Shown here piece by piece: positions 14,201-26,985 of a stretch of DNA of 64,000 nt (positions are counted from its first letter, which is position 1; every line of letters starts with the position of its first letter). The notes under the pieces are model-generated. The model saw only the letters and a program-made list of their open reading frames with translations. It was not told the DNA's origin and searched no databases. Source of the DNA: Nemertoderma westbladi (Eukaryota > Animalia > Xenacoelomorpha); the NCBI GenBank assembly GCA_032718475.1, contig JAUCBJ010004773.1:8932-72931 (forward strand), given 5' to 3'. The translations under genes were made by a program, and so were the position numbers.

Positions 14201-14544
14201 GCAGGACAATGTATTAAATTACGTAAAGAGCCATGATCAGCTTGAGCGATTTTGGATGATTCGCTCTTTTGTTTCCGCCCACGCGAAAACTTATTTATCA
14301 TATTGTGCACCGTTCTTCCATGTGCGTATAACGTTGAATTTCTTGTAAAACTCGATCCACAAATGGTGCAGATAATAGGCGTACGAACTGTAGTAGCGGT
14401 ACCGGTACTCGTATTGGCACCATCCGACCTTCTTCTTCCTACTTTGGCTTCTATATACGCGTTGTGAACATTACGTTGGTGGGCATTAAAGCTCGATTGT
14501 CGGGAAAAGCTTCTATTACACAATGTGCAATAATAATCGTCCAT
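11297..14544 (-). mobile_element. MULE/Mutator-type transposase gene (C2H2 fingers, WRKY/FAR1-like DNA-binding domain, MULE domain, SWIM finger), internally deleted and interrupted by an RTE LINE
   Basis: CTLC..H..H and CTIC..H..H fingers; intron 13856-13468 (G|GTGCGT...TTTTAG|GA); AMDSTHGLNQYDFQLTTLLVIDDHGEGFP; SWIM CSCPD...CKHIHLV; frame breaks right after VFMS at about 12835. Confidence 0.82.
11739..12435 (+). mobile_element. 5'-truncated RTE-clade LINE inserted in the MULE gene
   Basis: Near-identical to 21351-22035 (reverse strand); FCYLGS...LLYGSPCW; (TAG)n tail; 13-bp TSD ttcagataaaatt at 11726-11738 and 12436-12448; removal restores the MULE frame (..EIIILSE/TASRK..). Confidence 0.92.
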
Positions 14545-14692
14545 ACTCCATATATCACTGTATCAATAACATCGGTAGGCCTACAGTCTGACAGTAATAT
14601 TTCTATTACACAATGTGCAATAATAATCGTCCATACTCCATATATCACTTGTATCAATAACATCGGTAGGCCTACAGTCTGACAGTAATATT
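14511..14692. repeat. About 90-bp direct duplication covering the MULE start codon
   Basis: ttctattacacaatgtgcaataataatcgtccat...cagtctgacagtaatat at 14511 and 14601. Confidence 0.8.
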
Positions 14693-15009
14693 TACGACAT
14701 CTGGACATATCCCTGTATCCAGATATCAAGCAGATAGCTAGATAGCAGATAGTCCTAGGCATAATACAGTAATACCGCACACTGCTATACTTAACCGGCA
14801 AATATTCGAATTTCCCGCCCCGCAGCCATTTCAAAGTGTTCGGTAATGACCCGCTTGTGACTGGTAATGCAGTACACAGTACAGCACAGCAGTAACTGAG
14901 TAATGTCGGTACCGATACTACTGTACTACTGCCTGCAGTACAGCAATAGACTGATAGAGCCTAGGCCTATACCTATTTATAACGGATATTGGATAGGCCT
15001 AGATCATAG

Positions 15010-16119
15010 ATGGATATGGATAATGATTTATCTGGAAGCGACGCTGATAAACCACCAGCTCTGCCTCCAAAATTAGGTATCGGTAGGTCAACTAAACAAC
15101 AATGTAGAGTTCTGCTGAATCAACCGCAGGGCATGCATGCTCCACAAGTTCTAACGAATCGAGCCCAAGCGGCCCACGTTCCGCAAGTTCTGGTGAACCA
15201 ATCCCACGCAGCCCACGGTCCACAAGTTCTAACGAACCAACCTCAGCGTCCACAAGATCAACCACGTCAACCCCAGGGACCCTCGGGCTACTGGGTAGGC
15301 CTCCCTCCCTACTCGTCCCCGTTGCGCCGTATCGCAAAACAATCAGAGACGACGAACCAATCCAGTACCGTTACCGGTAGTAAGGGAAGTAAACTCGATA
15401 GTAATATAAACAATGCCGACACGGACAACTACAATCTATACTTACAGGAATATTTACTTATGAACGAATATAAACTGTTGGCGGAGCGAGATATCCCCGG
15501 TATGTATCTCGTCCCGTCGGCTCAGTCGCCATACTGTTGGCACGGCGTGCTGTTTGTTAGGGAAGGCTATTACCGCAGCGGCAAGTTTCGCTTTTCCCTT
15601 TTCATCCCGCGGGATTTCCCGGATGGCGGCGGTGTCCCGCGTCTAGTCTTCGATATCCCCATCTTCCATCCGCGAGTCGATCCAAAAACCGGGGAGTTTT
15701 CCTTGGGGAACGAGTTCCGATCATGGCGTCGGAATGTGAACCACATCCACGATATTGTTGAGTTCACAAGGAGTTCCTTTTACGATATCGATTCAACGAG
15801 TTTCGTGAACGAAAAGGCGACTGATTTATATCGAACTGACCGACGGCAGTTCGACTTTCTTGTCTCCCAATCAGTTCGGTTATCTAACGAACACATCTAC
15901 GAATCGTCTTCCACCACCGATATGAACTTCATTGAGTTCTCTTCACTTTCCACTGATAATCTTTCTACTTACACTAAACTTATGCTGGAATCATCCTGCC
16001 TTCTCAATCAATCCCCTTCCCATTTGGACCCCCACATTCGGGTGCCGAGATATTTGGCTTATCTTCACGAGAAAGCCATCGCTTCTACATCGAACTCCGT
16101 GCGAATTGATTCTAAATAA
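15010..16119 (+). CDS. AKTIP: AKT-interacting protein / FTS (inactive E2 variant, UEV), intronless, with N-terminal 13-aa repeats
   Basis: EYLLMNEY...PGMYLVPS...WHGVLFVREGYY..GKFRF..IP.DFPDG..PRLVFDIPIFHPRVDPKTGE...WRRNVNHI; no catalytic Cys. Confidence 0.9.
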   Translation: MDMDNDLSGSDADKPPALPPKLGIGRSTKQQCRVLLNQPQGMHAPQVLTNRAQAAHVPQVLVNQSHAAHGPQVLTNQPQRPQDQPRQPQGPSGYWVGLPPYSSPLRRIAKQSETTNQSSTVTGSKGSKLDSNINNADTDNYNLYLQEYLLMNEYKLLAERDIPGMYLVPSAQSPYCWHGVLFVREGYYRSGKFRFSLFIPRDFPDGGGVPRLVFDIPIFHPRVDPKTGEFSLGNEFRSWRRNVNHIHDIVEFTRSSFYDIDSTSFVNEKATDLYRTDRRQFDFLVSQSVRLSNEHIYESSSTTDMNFIEFSSLSTDNLSTYTKLMLESSCLLNQSPSHLDPHIRVPRYLAYLHEKAIASTSNSVRIDSK

Positions 16120-17765
16120 AACCCGATTTAATATATTTCTATCAATTATTTCGTTTTGCCTAGCAATTATTGTTAGTAACCTCTTGTAATATTTTATTGT
16201 CGTTTTAGCGACGTTTTGATTTCGTTTTCGAACTAATCCGTTTTAATGATTAAGTGCAGTTTTTCATTTACCTGCCAATTATGATGCAGAGCAGGGTAGT
16301 TTTCATGTTCTAGTGTTTCTTTATATAAGTGCACCTCAGAAAAAAATAGCCTAATTTATCTCATCATCCTCCAACAACAGCCGTTGTTAGTTCTTTTTAA
16401 TGAATTTTATTATATTTTACTTCATTATGGTGCACGTTATATGATGGCACTGTTGTTATGTTAAAGGTTCACGCAAGATTAGCTGATCCAACAGTTCTTT
16501 ATCTATACCTACTTACTTACGTTCTAATAGTTACTTTCATATTATTAAATTGCTGGGGGTTTAATATTAATTCACCATTTTATATTGTTAATTTAGAAAA
16601 GCCTTTTTATCTTGTCTTAGTTCAATTTATATTTCTTAGTGGCGAATTATTCTTTATGCTGTTGATTGAGTATGATATATTCTAACAGGTTATTAAGTGC
16701 ATTGTAATTTGTGAGGTTTGATTACGAAATCGACCGTTACGAATTAATATTTCACAGGACAACCTGAGAAATGTAGAGAGAAACGCCAAACGTTAAAAGT
16801 GACATCACAAACGGAATCACCGACTAGAAATACTCCACAGCAAAAATTAGCAGTTAGTTTTTAGTTAGTATTTATATTTTTCGACTGAAAGACAAACAGA
16901 CTGAATTATAGATAGAGAGACATACCTTACTATCGGTTCTACATTTTGAAAACTTGTAAACTATTATTTATTGCAATTGAATTTAAATCGTCGACAATGA
17001 AAACCCCGTTAGAGGAGAAAATAGTAAAGTGATGTTGCTTCTTATTTTTTGACAAACAGACAGTTAGCCAAGCCACACGGAGATCACTTTTCCACTTCAA
17101 TGCAGTAAATTTGCGACGCGAGATAGGGGATAGAGAAGACGTTACGGTTAGATAGATGCGGTGAACGGAACCCCCCCCCCCCCCCCCCCCCCCTCATTTG
17201 CCCAAACTATCGATCTAAATTGTTTAGATGTGTAATTCTCGTTCTATCATCACGAACTAGAGTATGCGTAAACCAGGCTTTGAGCCCTCCCACGACCTTT
17301 AAGGTCATAAAAAACCTGAGAGGAGTTGAAAGTTCTGCAAAAGAAATACACCTGACCTGAAGATTCATTGAAAAAAGATGAAAAAATACAATAAACTAAC
17401 AAGTAATATTCCGATGACAACACCCTTGGTGGGGAATTTCAAAACCTTCATATTTATTGCCTGAGAAATACTTTCCTTTGCTAAGAGAGACATTTTGTGA
17501 TACATTTCTCGTGAGGTGCGTAATTTATTTTGGAAGAGAAGAATACATTCATATTCACACAATTCGAACTAATTAATTGGTTCGGTAAATGCAACCTATC
17601 CATGGTTGCTTTATTGTGTGTAATAGAACACTTTATATAAGATTAAATGTGCGAGTAATTAGGACACCGTCCACGCGACTTTACATGATGGTAGTTGATG
17701 ACTTAGTTTTAATTAATTAATAATAAATAATTCCATACCTTGAATGAATAAACACGTTAAACGGT

Positions 17766-19187
17766 GTCTTCCAAATACACAATCTCCCTTATTACAACAA
17801 CCATTTTTACAAAGTCGGCCAAGTAGCCCTTTGTGTGTTTCCGATGTAAAATTTTATGGTGATTCCGAATCTGTAATCAGCTTTTCGATAAGTTGTTTTG
17901 TTCTCGAGTTATGGAAACTTTTATAATTTTCACCCAAAACTTTAACATTTGTAATTTTGATGCAGCACCACATTTGTCACCAAAAAAGACCATCAAACAC
18001 CCAAAAATTTCGAAATATTTTGTCATTTTAAGAATCAGCGCCGAAAATTTGCATATAGAGATCAAAACCGCAAAAGAATATCATTTTTGAAAAATTCTAA
18101 AAAATTGTTCACTTTTGGTGCAGTTTGGTCAGTTGTAATGATGAGGAAATGTTAATGTCATTTTTTCACGTTGGCTTCTTTGGAACTCTCTCTATCTACT
18201 TTTTAACTACTCAACCGATTTTCGTTCTGTTTCTGCAGAATTATGTAGAGGAATATTCCGCGCAAAAATTGTGTTGACAGAATTTTAAATTCTTGAAGAA
18301 TAATATTTCAAAAAATTTGATGGTCTTTTTTGTTGTCAAATGTGGTGCTGCACCAAAATTAAAAATTTGCAAATTTTGAGTTAAAATTACAGAAGTGCCA
18401 TAACTCGAGAACGAAACAACTTATGGAAAACTGATTTCAAATTCGGAATCACCATAAATTTTACATCGGAGAACACAATAAAAAAAAATGACCCCTTCTC
18501 ACGGTTGTGAAGGGGTGAACCACCCTTCCCCCTTAAATTTCACCAAAAATTGCCAAAGATATTATCAAAAGACTAAGTTGTAAATTTCGAGACGTAAATC
18601 GCTTGAATTCTAATGTTTTTGTCTTAATTCTAGAATATTTATTACGCGTAATGAAGGTGGATCATTTTAAACACTCAGCTAAATAATAATTAACTATCAC
18701 CTTTTATTTATTTTTGCTATTAATATAATCCCTAATCCCTTTTGATGCTAGCACTGAAATTTTACAATTTACCCCCCATGGGGTGTATATTCTAGAATAA
18801 AGACAAACAAAATATTAGAATTATATTGATTTACGTGACTAAATGTATAAATCTTTGATTTCTTTTAATTTTGATAATATATCCAGAAGTTATTGGTGAA
18901 ATTTAAAAATGATATCTAGATTACAATCAAAAGACGAAAAATAAAGCCGATTGAGGTGGCTAAATATTGCCAAAAATGCGTTTTTTAACGGCTTGTTGTA
19001 TCGAAATAGCTCATAAATTAAAAAATCCAGCTATGCCAGCAGTAAGAAAAGTTGTCAAACTAAAAATTTATTGTCATACCAAATTTCGTAGCATATGATT
19101 GAATTTTGAAAAAATGAGAGGGGGGGGGCTCCTCCGACTTGCTAAAAATGGTTGTTGTATTAAGGGAGATGTGTCGTTTATGGAGAT
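17766..19187. mobile_element. Non-autonomous foldback/MITE-like DNA element with nested inverted repeats
   Basis: Imperfect ~50-bp TIRs (atctcccttattacaacaaccattttt / aaaaatggttgttgtattaagggagat); inner IRs at about 17834-17998 vs 18316-18478 and 18533-18640 vs 18787-18906. Confidence 0.7.
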
Positions 19188-19286
19188 ATTTATATTATTT
19201 ACATTCTAATGGGAAGGTAATAAAAGTTTTAACTAAATATTTAATTACTAATTTATTTCTACAAACAAGCAGCAAATATAATTAAG

Positions 19287-20618
19287 TTAACCCTCTTTAT
19301 CGTAAAGATCAAGGTTATAATGTTCCCCGTAGACTTGTAAATGTTCGAATAACTCAGACTTTTGCGCTTCCAGATTCTCCGGCAGTTCCTTATAAACGTT
19401 GCTAAACAAATGCGACACTTTGGGTTTACGTTTCGCTTCGCTCTTTGCGAAAGCCTTCATTACCTTCTCTCTGGCTTTCTTCTTCCATACCTCCTCCTGG
19501 TCTTTGCTCCACAACTGGTTATTTAACATGTAGTTCCTTAGACGCGATATGGGATGGTCTGTCTGATCCCAATAGGATACCTCGTCTACAGACCTGTAGG
19601 CCGAAGAGTCATCGCTGGTGCTATGGTGGCCTATCCTGTATGTCATCGCTTCCACCAACACTGGTTTATTCTCCCGCAGACATATCTCTTTGGCAGCTCT
19701 CGACACGTTATACATGGCGAATACGTCATTACCATCAACACGTAAAGTTTGCATTCCGTAGGCTGGGCCTCTCGCCGCCACACCGTCGCTGCGATACTGC
19801 TCGCTGGTGGGCGTGCTGATTGCGTAGCCGTTGTTCCGACACAGAAACACAATCGGGCAGTCCAAAGTCGCTGCAAAGTTCATAGCCGCGTGGGCGTCCC
19901 CTTCGCTAGAGGCGCCTTCTCCGAAGAAACAAACAACCACGTTGGATTTCTTCGCTAATTTATAAGCGTAAGCGACGCCCACAGCTTGCGGCATTTGTGT
20001 GGCAAGCGGGCTCGATATGGTCGCGAAGCCATGTCGAGCCGAGCCGTAATGGACCGGCATCTGATGGCCCTGCCCGAGATCGTCTTTGTTCCCGTAGCAC
20101 TGATCCATAAACATCTCTAGCGGGTAGTCCCGCCACATAAGGACACCAGCCTCCCGGTACTGCCCAAATATAAGATCATCTGTATTCAACGCAGCCGCAG
20201 TGCCAATGTGAGTCGCCTCTTCCCCGTAGTTGGTCATGTAGAAGGAGATCCTCCCCTGTCTTTGCGATTCGTACATTATCCGGTCCATCTGGTTTAGAAG
20301 CGTCATCTTCAGGTACATCTCTATGATGGTTTTGGGTTTGAGTTTAGGGTCGTCGTCACCGACTATTTCTCCCTTTCGGTTCATAACGCGGTAGACGGGG
20401 ATTGTGGAGCTGGACGGATCGATGAACTCGAGTTTACTCGTGAAGGAGGCTCGAGCGCCGAGGAACTGGGGTGTGTCGTCGTCTGCGTAGTGTTCGGCTA
20501 CGGGTGGTTCAGGACTGTAGCGTCGGTGGGGTTGGCGACACATCGGCGTCGCGATGGGAGATAGTCGCCATCGCGAGGAAGGGAGTGCGAATCTATGTAA
20601 CCCGTGGATTAAAACCAT
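19287..20618 (-). CDS. BCKDHA: Branched-chain 2-oxo acid dehydrogenase E1 alpha, mitochondrial; intronless
   Basis: [25 protein letters not shown] motif [17 protein letters not shown]...[14 protein letters not shown] phosphorylation loop; Arg/Ser-rich presequence. Confidence 0.96.
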   Translation of the reverse strand: MVLIHGLHRFALPSSRWRLSPIATPMCRQPHRRYSPEPPVAEHYADDDTPQFLGARASFTSKLEFIDPSSSTIPVYRVMNRKGEIVGDDDPKLKPKTIIEMYLKMTLLNQMDRIMYESQRQGRISFYMTNYGEEATHIGTAAALNTDDLIFGQYREAGVLMWRDYPLEMFMDQCYGNKDDLGQGHQMPVHYGSARHGFATISSPLATQMPQAVGVAYAYKLAKKSNVVVCFFGEGASSEGDAHAAMNFAATLDCPIVFLCRNNGYAISTPTSEQYRSDGVAARGPAYGMQTLRVDGNDVFAMYNVSRAAKEICLRENKPVLVEAMTYRIGHHSTSDDSSAYRSVDEVSYWDQTDHPISRLRNYMLNNQLWSKDQEEVWKKKAREKVMKAFAKSEAKRKPKVSHLFSNVYKELPENLEAQKSELFEHLQVYGEHYNLDLYDKEG

Positions 20619-20885
20619 GGTGATTATTACTGTATTACAGTATTACCTGTATACAGATATATAGACCTAGGCCGGTAGGCCTACACTGATCAGCTGATAG
20701 GGATCCTACGCCTACCGCTACAATAATTCCAGCCAGAATTAGTACTGTAACTGTAGTACAAGTACAGTAGTACCGGTACTAAATGTACTACTGTACTGCT
20801 GTAGTACAGTAGTAACAGTAACAGAGTAGTAAGTTCTGAAGTTATCGAATTTCGGCAGTACAGCAGTACCGGTAGGTACTGGCAA

Positions 20886-23800
20886 TTGAAGGATCTCCGA
20901 TTTGACAACATGCACGACTGTACCACTTCGAACTTCAAACATCACTTCGAAAAATTATTGAACACAGACAACGCACGAACTGGTAGTGATGAATTTCTGG
21001 ATTCCCCATACATACCAGAGGTCGATGACCCCTTCACCGAAAGGGAACTTGCAGATGCGCTTAGCGAAATTAAAATTAATAAAGGTTATATAGGAATTGG
21101 ACTGGGGATACTCACCGCTTTACCGCGTCAATGGCTTTTGCTATTGCTATCAATTTTTAACATTGTTTTTCAGAATATATGTTATCTTAGCTCATGGGTT
21201 ATCAGTAAACTGGTGGTCCTTTTCAAATCAGGTAGTAGATCTTCTTGCGACAATTATAGAGGGATTTCAATTATGGATTCACTGGGTAAATTATATGATT
21301 TATTATTGAACTCTAGACTTCTTAGGTGGTGTAATATAGATAAATGTCAACTACTACTAGGATCGGCATGCTGCATTGCAGCTGCATTTTTAAGAATGCT
21401 GTGCCGGCTTGTCAACAAAATTGCACCGCCACAACTCCCTATCACCCATGACATTTGCTAGATCATCCGCATCTTTAAGGCCAGTGTCCTTTAAGATGCG
21501 TCTCAAGAAAGTCATGGGCTGTCCACCATGCTTATTCACTCCATGAGGCTGCCAAAGTACAAGATTATGCACTGGCTGGTCCTCACGGCGAAAGCAATGT
21601 CCTGCAAAGCGGAGGCGATTTTGTTCTAGTGTCAAGCTTGGGGGAACCAATGAGACACCTCCAATGTTATATAGTGTCTGGTTGGAGATGTGTGCATTGT
21701 ACTTGACACAATGAACCCGGCGTAGCATTCTTGTGAATGTGCCATCCAGAGATTTGGTGTCCTCAGCAGTTAGAGCCCAGCATGGACTCCCGTAGAGGAG
21801 TACTGGAACTACTGCGGCTCGAAATAATCGGACCTTAAGTTTCTGATTAATTCTCGGTGTCTTCCAAATCCTGGAAAGCCTATTCAAGGCTGCCCATGCC
21901 TTTCCCTTACGTATTCGAAGGTCCTCACCTGACTTCCGGATCCATGATCCCAGGTAACAGAAGTCGTCCACATGCTCAAGCATACCATCCTTTGAGCTTA
22001 TGCTCATCCGATCAGAGACTTGCTGAGGACTTTCAAAGTTAACTGTCAGAATTTTGGTCTTTCTGGAGTTAATAAAAAGACCAACACTAGAAGCAGCATG
22101 TTCTAATGAGCTGAGGAGCCGTTGGGCTCCCTCTAATGATTCTGAGAGTACTCCTAAGTCATCAGCAAAGTCTAGATCAGTTAGGTACTTGGCAGGATTT
22201 CCTCGACTTCTGGAGCCAGTAGGTGGAGTTATCATCACCCCATCATCATTATAATGATCTAAGGACATGCGTAGAACATAGTCAACCACAGTAATGAACA
22301 AGAATGGTGCAAGTGTGTCTCCTTGGAGGACGCCCCATAACACTTCAAATGGTTCTGTGTCACCGTCAACAGTAGACACAAATGTTGTCGAACCATCGTA
22401 TACTGATCTGATTGCTGCAATAATTTCATCAGGAATCCCATATAATGAAAGTATGCTGAACATACGTGAGCGAGAGACTGAATCAAAGGCCTTGAAGAAG
22501 TCAACAAAGATAACAGCCAGATGCCTGTCTTTCTTTTTTGATAACTCTTCAATTATCCTTCTAAGTGCCAAAATGGGCTCCATGGTCCCACGACCTTTAC
22601 GGAACCCATTCTGATTTCCACGGAGCAGTCTCTCAATGGGATCCCTGATGCGATTTAATAGAATCCTATTGTATAGCTTTGCAGCAATCTAGATCAATGA
22701 GATTCCCCGAAAAGAACCATAGAGTGTTAGGTTGCCCTTCTTGGGAACTGGCACCAACTTATTTGTTTTCATTTCTTGTGGGACTCTTGTTGTTCGGTAC
22801 ATGTCTACTACTGTATGATGGGATAGATGAGCTTTAAACACTCAGGTATTTTAAAGACCTCAGGGGGAACACCATCTACTCCACTGGCACGATTGGTCTT
22901 AATGCTCTTTGCAGCAACCTTCACTTCTGCAAAGGAGATATCGCCAATGGGAATATCTGGGAGTACAGACTCAGACACTTTTACTTCTATAAAGTTATCA
23001 GGCAATACCCTGTCATTATTGAGGAGCTTTTCAAAGTGGGCTTTCCAACCATTGAGGCGATCGGCTGGTGATTCAGCCTTAACCTTGGTGGTTGGTTGGC
23101 TTTTCCGCCCAGTAAGCAGATTGATCGATTTCCATGCCTGGGATGATTGCCTGCTGTCGTCAGCATCATTGATGGCATCAACCTGTTGGTTTATTAGCTC
23201 CTGTAGATTAGCAGAGTACTGCCTGTTCAGGGACCTAGATGCAGCCTTAACTGCATTCTTGGCCGCTGTAGTCTGTTTGAGTCGGGACTCTTTCTGCGCC
23301 TTATGAAGGTCATTTCGGCACTTTTCGGTCATTTCACAACCTTTTCAAATCAGGTAGTAGATCTTCTTGCGACAATTATAGAGGGATTTCAATTATGGAT
23401 TCACTGGGTAAATTATATGATTTATTATTGAACTCTAGACTTCTTAGGTGGTGTAATATAGATAAATGTCAAGCAGGGGGGTTAAAGAACAGAGGTTGTA
23501 TCGAGCAGATTCTAACTTTGAGGCTGCTGATTGATTTAGCTCTGTTCAAGAAAGTAAAACTTTTTCTACTTTTTGTAGATTTTAGCAAAGCTTATGACCG
23601 AGTGCCGAGGGATGCAATGGTTCAATACTTAAAGTGTCTTGGTTGTGGTAGGGTTATGTTGCTAGCGATTCAGGCAATATATCGTTGTACTAGGAGTATA
23701 TTAAAATCAGCAATAATTTTCGTTTCTATTGGAGTGCGCCAGGGCGCACCAACCAGTTGTATTCTTTTTTGTATTTACTTAAATCGATTAGTCACAATGG

Positions 23801-25158
23801 TAAAAAATGTAATAGATCGCGATGGTTTCATTGGTGCAATAAATATCCTACTTCTAATGGACGATACGGTGCTTTTGGCAACTAGTCGTGAGAATTTAAA
23901 TAAAAAGTACTTTGCGTTGTGTGAGTTTTGTAGCATATCTGGGATGGTAATAAATAAAAAGAAAACTAAGTTTTTTGTAGTCAACGGGTCAACGGACGAT
24001 AAATTACCTTTACATTGTAACGATATTATTGTAGAACACTGTACTAGTTATGTGTATCTAGGGAGCCTATTTACAGAAGATGGCAAGATGTCATCTGTGT
24101 TTAAATTATTAGAACGTAAGTTTGAAGAAACAACGAATAAATTCATAATATTTTGTACTGTAAACTCTTCAATGCCATTTATTTTAAAGAAACGTGTGCT
24201 TGAAGCTGGGGTTATGTCGTCATTGCTGTATGCGTCAGAGGGATGGCTCACAAACAACGTGAAAGTAGTTGACAAATATTATCACCGTATGGTAAAGTCC
24301 CTTTTGGGCGTCAGAGATCAGACACCAACTGATCCGTGTTTGATAGAAGTTGGTCTCCCCCCCATAATACATCGGATTCATAGATCCAGGCAGCGGTTCT
24401 ACTCCAAAGCGATGACGTACAACATTGACACCCCCTTCAGACAGGCGTTGGAGTTGTGCAGGGCTGCTAATAGTCCAGGTTATAGGTTGCTTACTCATGT
24501 AGACAAATCGAGTGGCCTAGATGCAGTGTCTAGCCGTATTTTTAATAAACCGGATAAATGTACGAAATTTTATACATATCGAACTATTTTGAATAAAGGT
24601 ATGTCCGTGCACCCGATATATTGTGTAAGTAAGCCATATATTCCTGATTACTTAAGAGTTGCTTTTACACGTATCCGTTTAATGAGTCACAAACTCAGAA
24701 TTGAAACTGGACGTTGGACACGGACGCCCTCTCCCGAGCGCGTATGTGTCTGTAATAATATTTCTATTCAAGATGAAAAACATGTTCTTATTTGTTGTCC
24801 ACTATCTACACCTTTGCGTTCTAGTTACCCCAATATGAATTTTGATAACCTTGATGCATTATTATATAACAACAACCTACTTGATTTGTGCAGTTACATA
24901 ACTAAGGTATTGAAGTTATATGAAACCTAGGACTAATTATATTGCATTATATTTAAAAATGTCTGTGAAACACATTGTTTTATATGGTTTTATTGGTAAC
25001 ATTGTTTATGGCTGAATTAGTATTATTAGTATAGTTATAGTTATAATATTAGTATTAGCAATACGATTTAGATATGATTTAAATATGATATGATTTATGT
25101 ATTATAGTATACGAAAATAAACGGCGCTCCAGGCGCTACCTAACTAACTAACTAACTA
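20886..25158 (+). mobile_element. 5'-truncated LINE (RTE-X/L2-group-like) split by an RTE insertion
   Basis: NYRGISI, FVDFSKAYDRV, GVRQG, LLMDD, YLGS, C-terminal SHKLRIETGRW..ERVC..QDEKHVL..CP; AATAAA near 25116 and (CTAA)n tail. Confidence 0.88.
21351..23339 (-). mobile_element. RTE-clade LINE, 5'-truncated, with premature stops
   Basis: FVDFFKAFDSV, GVLQGDTLAPFLF, DFADD; (TAG)n tail at 21351; flanked by an exact 133-bp duplication (21218-21350 = 23340-23472). Confidence 0.93.
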
Positions 25159-25162
25159 CCCA

Positions 25163-26280
25163 CCCATATGGTGGGGGTGTTTGAAAAAGGTGGACTGGAT
25201 ACAGAAAACATGGACAACGGACAGACCAATCATTATGTAAAGCAGTTTGTAGCAATTGGTCTGTCCACCTTTTTCAAGTTTTCGCTTTCTTAGTTACATA
25301 ATTGGGAATAAGATGTGTGTTTGAAAAAGGTGGACTGGACACATGCACAAAAACATAGATAATAGTCTAACCAATCAGAAACGTCCTAGGCGTATCTCCT
25401 AGGCGTATCTACCCCCCCCCCCCCCCCCCCCCGCGCAGTATTGCCCCCCTATAGACTTACAGCATAATAATAGTAGGTTTAGCGTACCGTACAGAACTTT
25501 AACTTGGATTTATTGGTTTATTTTTGTGGTTGGGTTAGTTGGTCAGGCCCAAACCCTAATTAAAACTGTCATTAGTAACCCTATGACCTTAAAGTCCCGA
25601 TGCTCTAGGCCTAATCTAAGACATTTTGTGGAATTTAGGATCCAAAATATTTAAGGTTGGGGTTACATGACAGTTTTAATTAAGGTTTTGGGCCTCCATT
25701 TCCACTTTGAATTAGGGTTTTGGACCGCCACTCCCAAAATATGGGGACTTATTTACCCCCCTCGCTGCGCTCGGTCGTTTAATAACAGATCTCGGGATGA
25801 ATGGTAAATAAAGCATATTATATTTCCCTCTCAGTGCAATAGGTAGTTATTATAATTAACTTTATACTATAATGAGTTAGAATATTGACGTTCCAAAACT
25901 GATGCTAAGGCTCAGCTCACAGACTTTGTGGCTCGCCCGGGACTCGCCCCATATTATTGAACTAGGCCTATATCGACAACTTCGGTTGGTCACAATAAGT
26001 ATGGGATAATAATAACAATAATAATCCATAAAAACCTTCTGAATTTTTTTGAAAAACGTGGACAGAGCTGCTATAATGTGCAAATCAATCTGATTGGTCA
26101 ATTCATTGCCTGTTCTTTCTCAACCCAGTCCAGCTTATTCGAATTTGAAAAAGGTAGACAACAAAGCTGAAAAAGGTGGACATGCTGTGTGACGCAAATC
26201 GCCCGTGATTGGTCTGTCCATTGTCCATATTTTCTGTTCTGTGTCCAGTCCACCTTTTTCAAACACTCCCCATGGTGGTC
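25163..26280. mobile_element. MITE-like element with ~70-bp TIRs
   Basis: gtgtttgaaaaaggtggactgga...ggacagaccaatca at left; tgattggtctgtcc...tccagtccacctttttcaaacac at right; motif repeated internally. Confidence 0.65.
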
Positions 26281-26398
26281 GGTTTGTAAATTTAAATTTA
26301 ATGTTCTAATTTTCAAGTTTCAACAAAAATACAGAGTCTGGCGATGACGACTCTCACACTTGACTATAATGCTGTAATGGCTACACTCTAGTTCCCTA

Positions 26399-26985
26399 GG
26401 CCAGGTTGCACACATTGACTTAGTTAAGTACTGTAGCAAACTTAAATTAAGTTTAAGTACGAGAAAAATTGGAATTGCGTTGCACAGTTTTTTTCTTACT
26501 TAAGTAGATACTTAAAATTTAGATATAAGTGTATATTTTTAAGTCTGCCAAAAACGTATCTTAGCAGGAATTTTTAGGTGAAAAATGTCAGTATTTCCTA
26601 TAAGTCTACCAATCCATCATCCTCAGAAGAGGAAATCTTACACAACATTTACGAGCTGTGTAATGAAACATAATTTTTTGACCGATTCCGGTTCTGCAAG
26701 GACAATTGTCGGTTTGGAATCTGATTCGCCCTATATCGACAGAATCCAAGCTGGTAACAAAGGCCTAACTGTTGGCAGTGACCCTACCATATTTTATGCA
26801 ATTGGGAGCTTCCTGCATCTAGCTGGGAGACAGTTCACAAATCATCCGCTAGTGGAGCCGTTCGGGATGTTTCAATCACCCTGATCCAAAAATAAGACCA
26901 GTTTGTGAAATTCCCTTCTACACTCAGCGCAATTGAAAAAGTTTAAGCAGAATTCTTTGAAATTGCTGGTTTTCCTGGAGTTTAC
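26399..26985 (+). pseudogene. Degraded PIF/Harbinger (HARBI1-like) transposase 5' fragment
   Basis: Frameshifted peptides RFRFCKD, FYAIGSF, FVKFP and EFFEIAGFPGV occur in the HARBI1 order; ggccaggttgcac terminus-like sequence at 26399. Confidence 0.55.
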
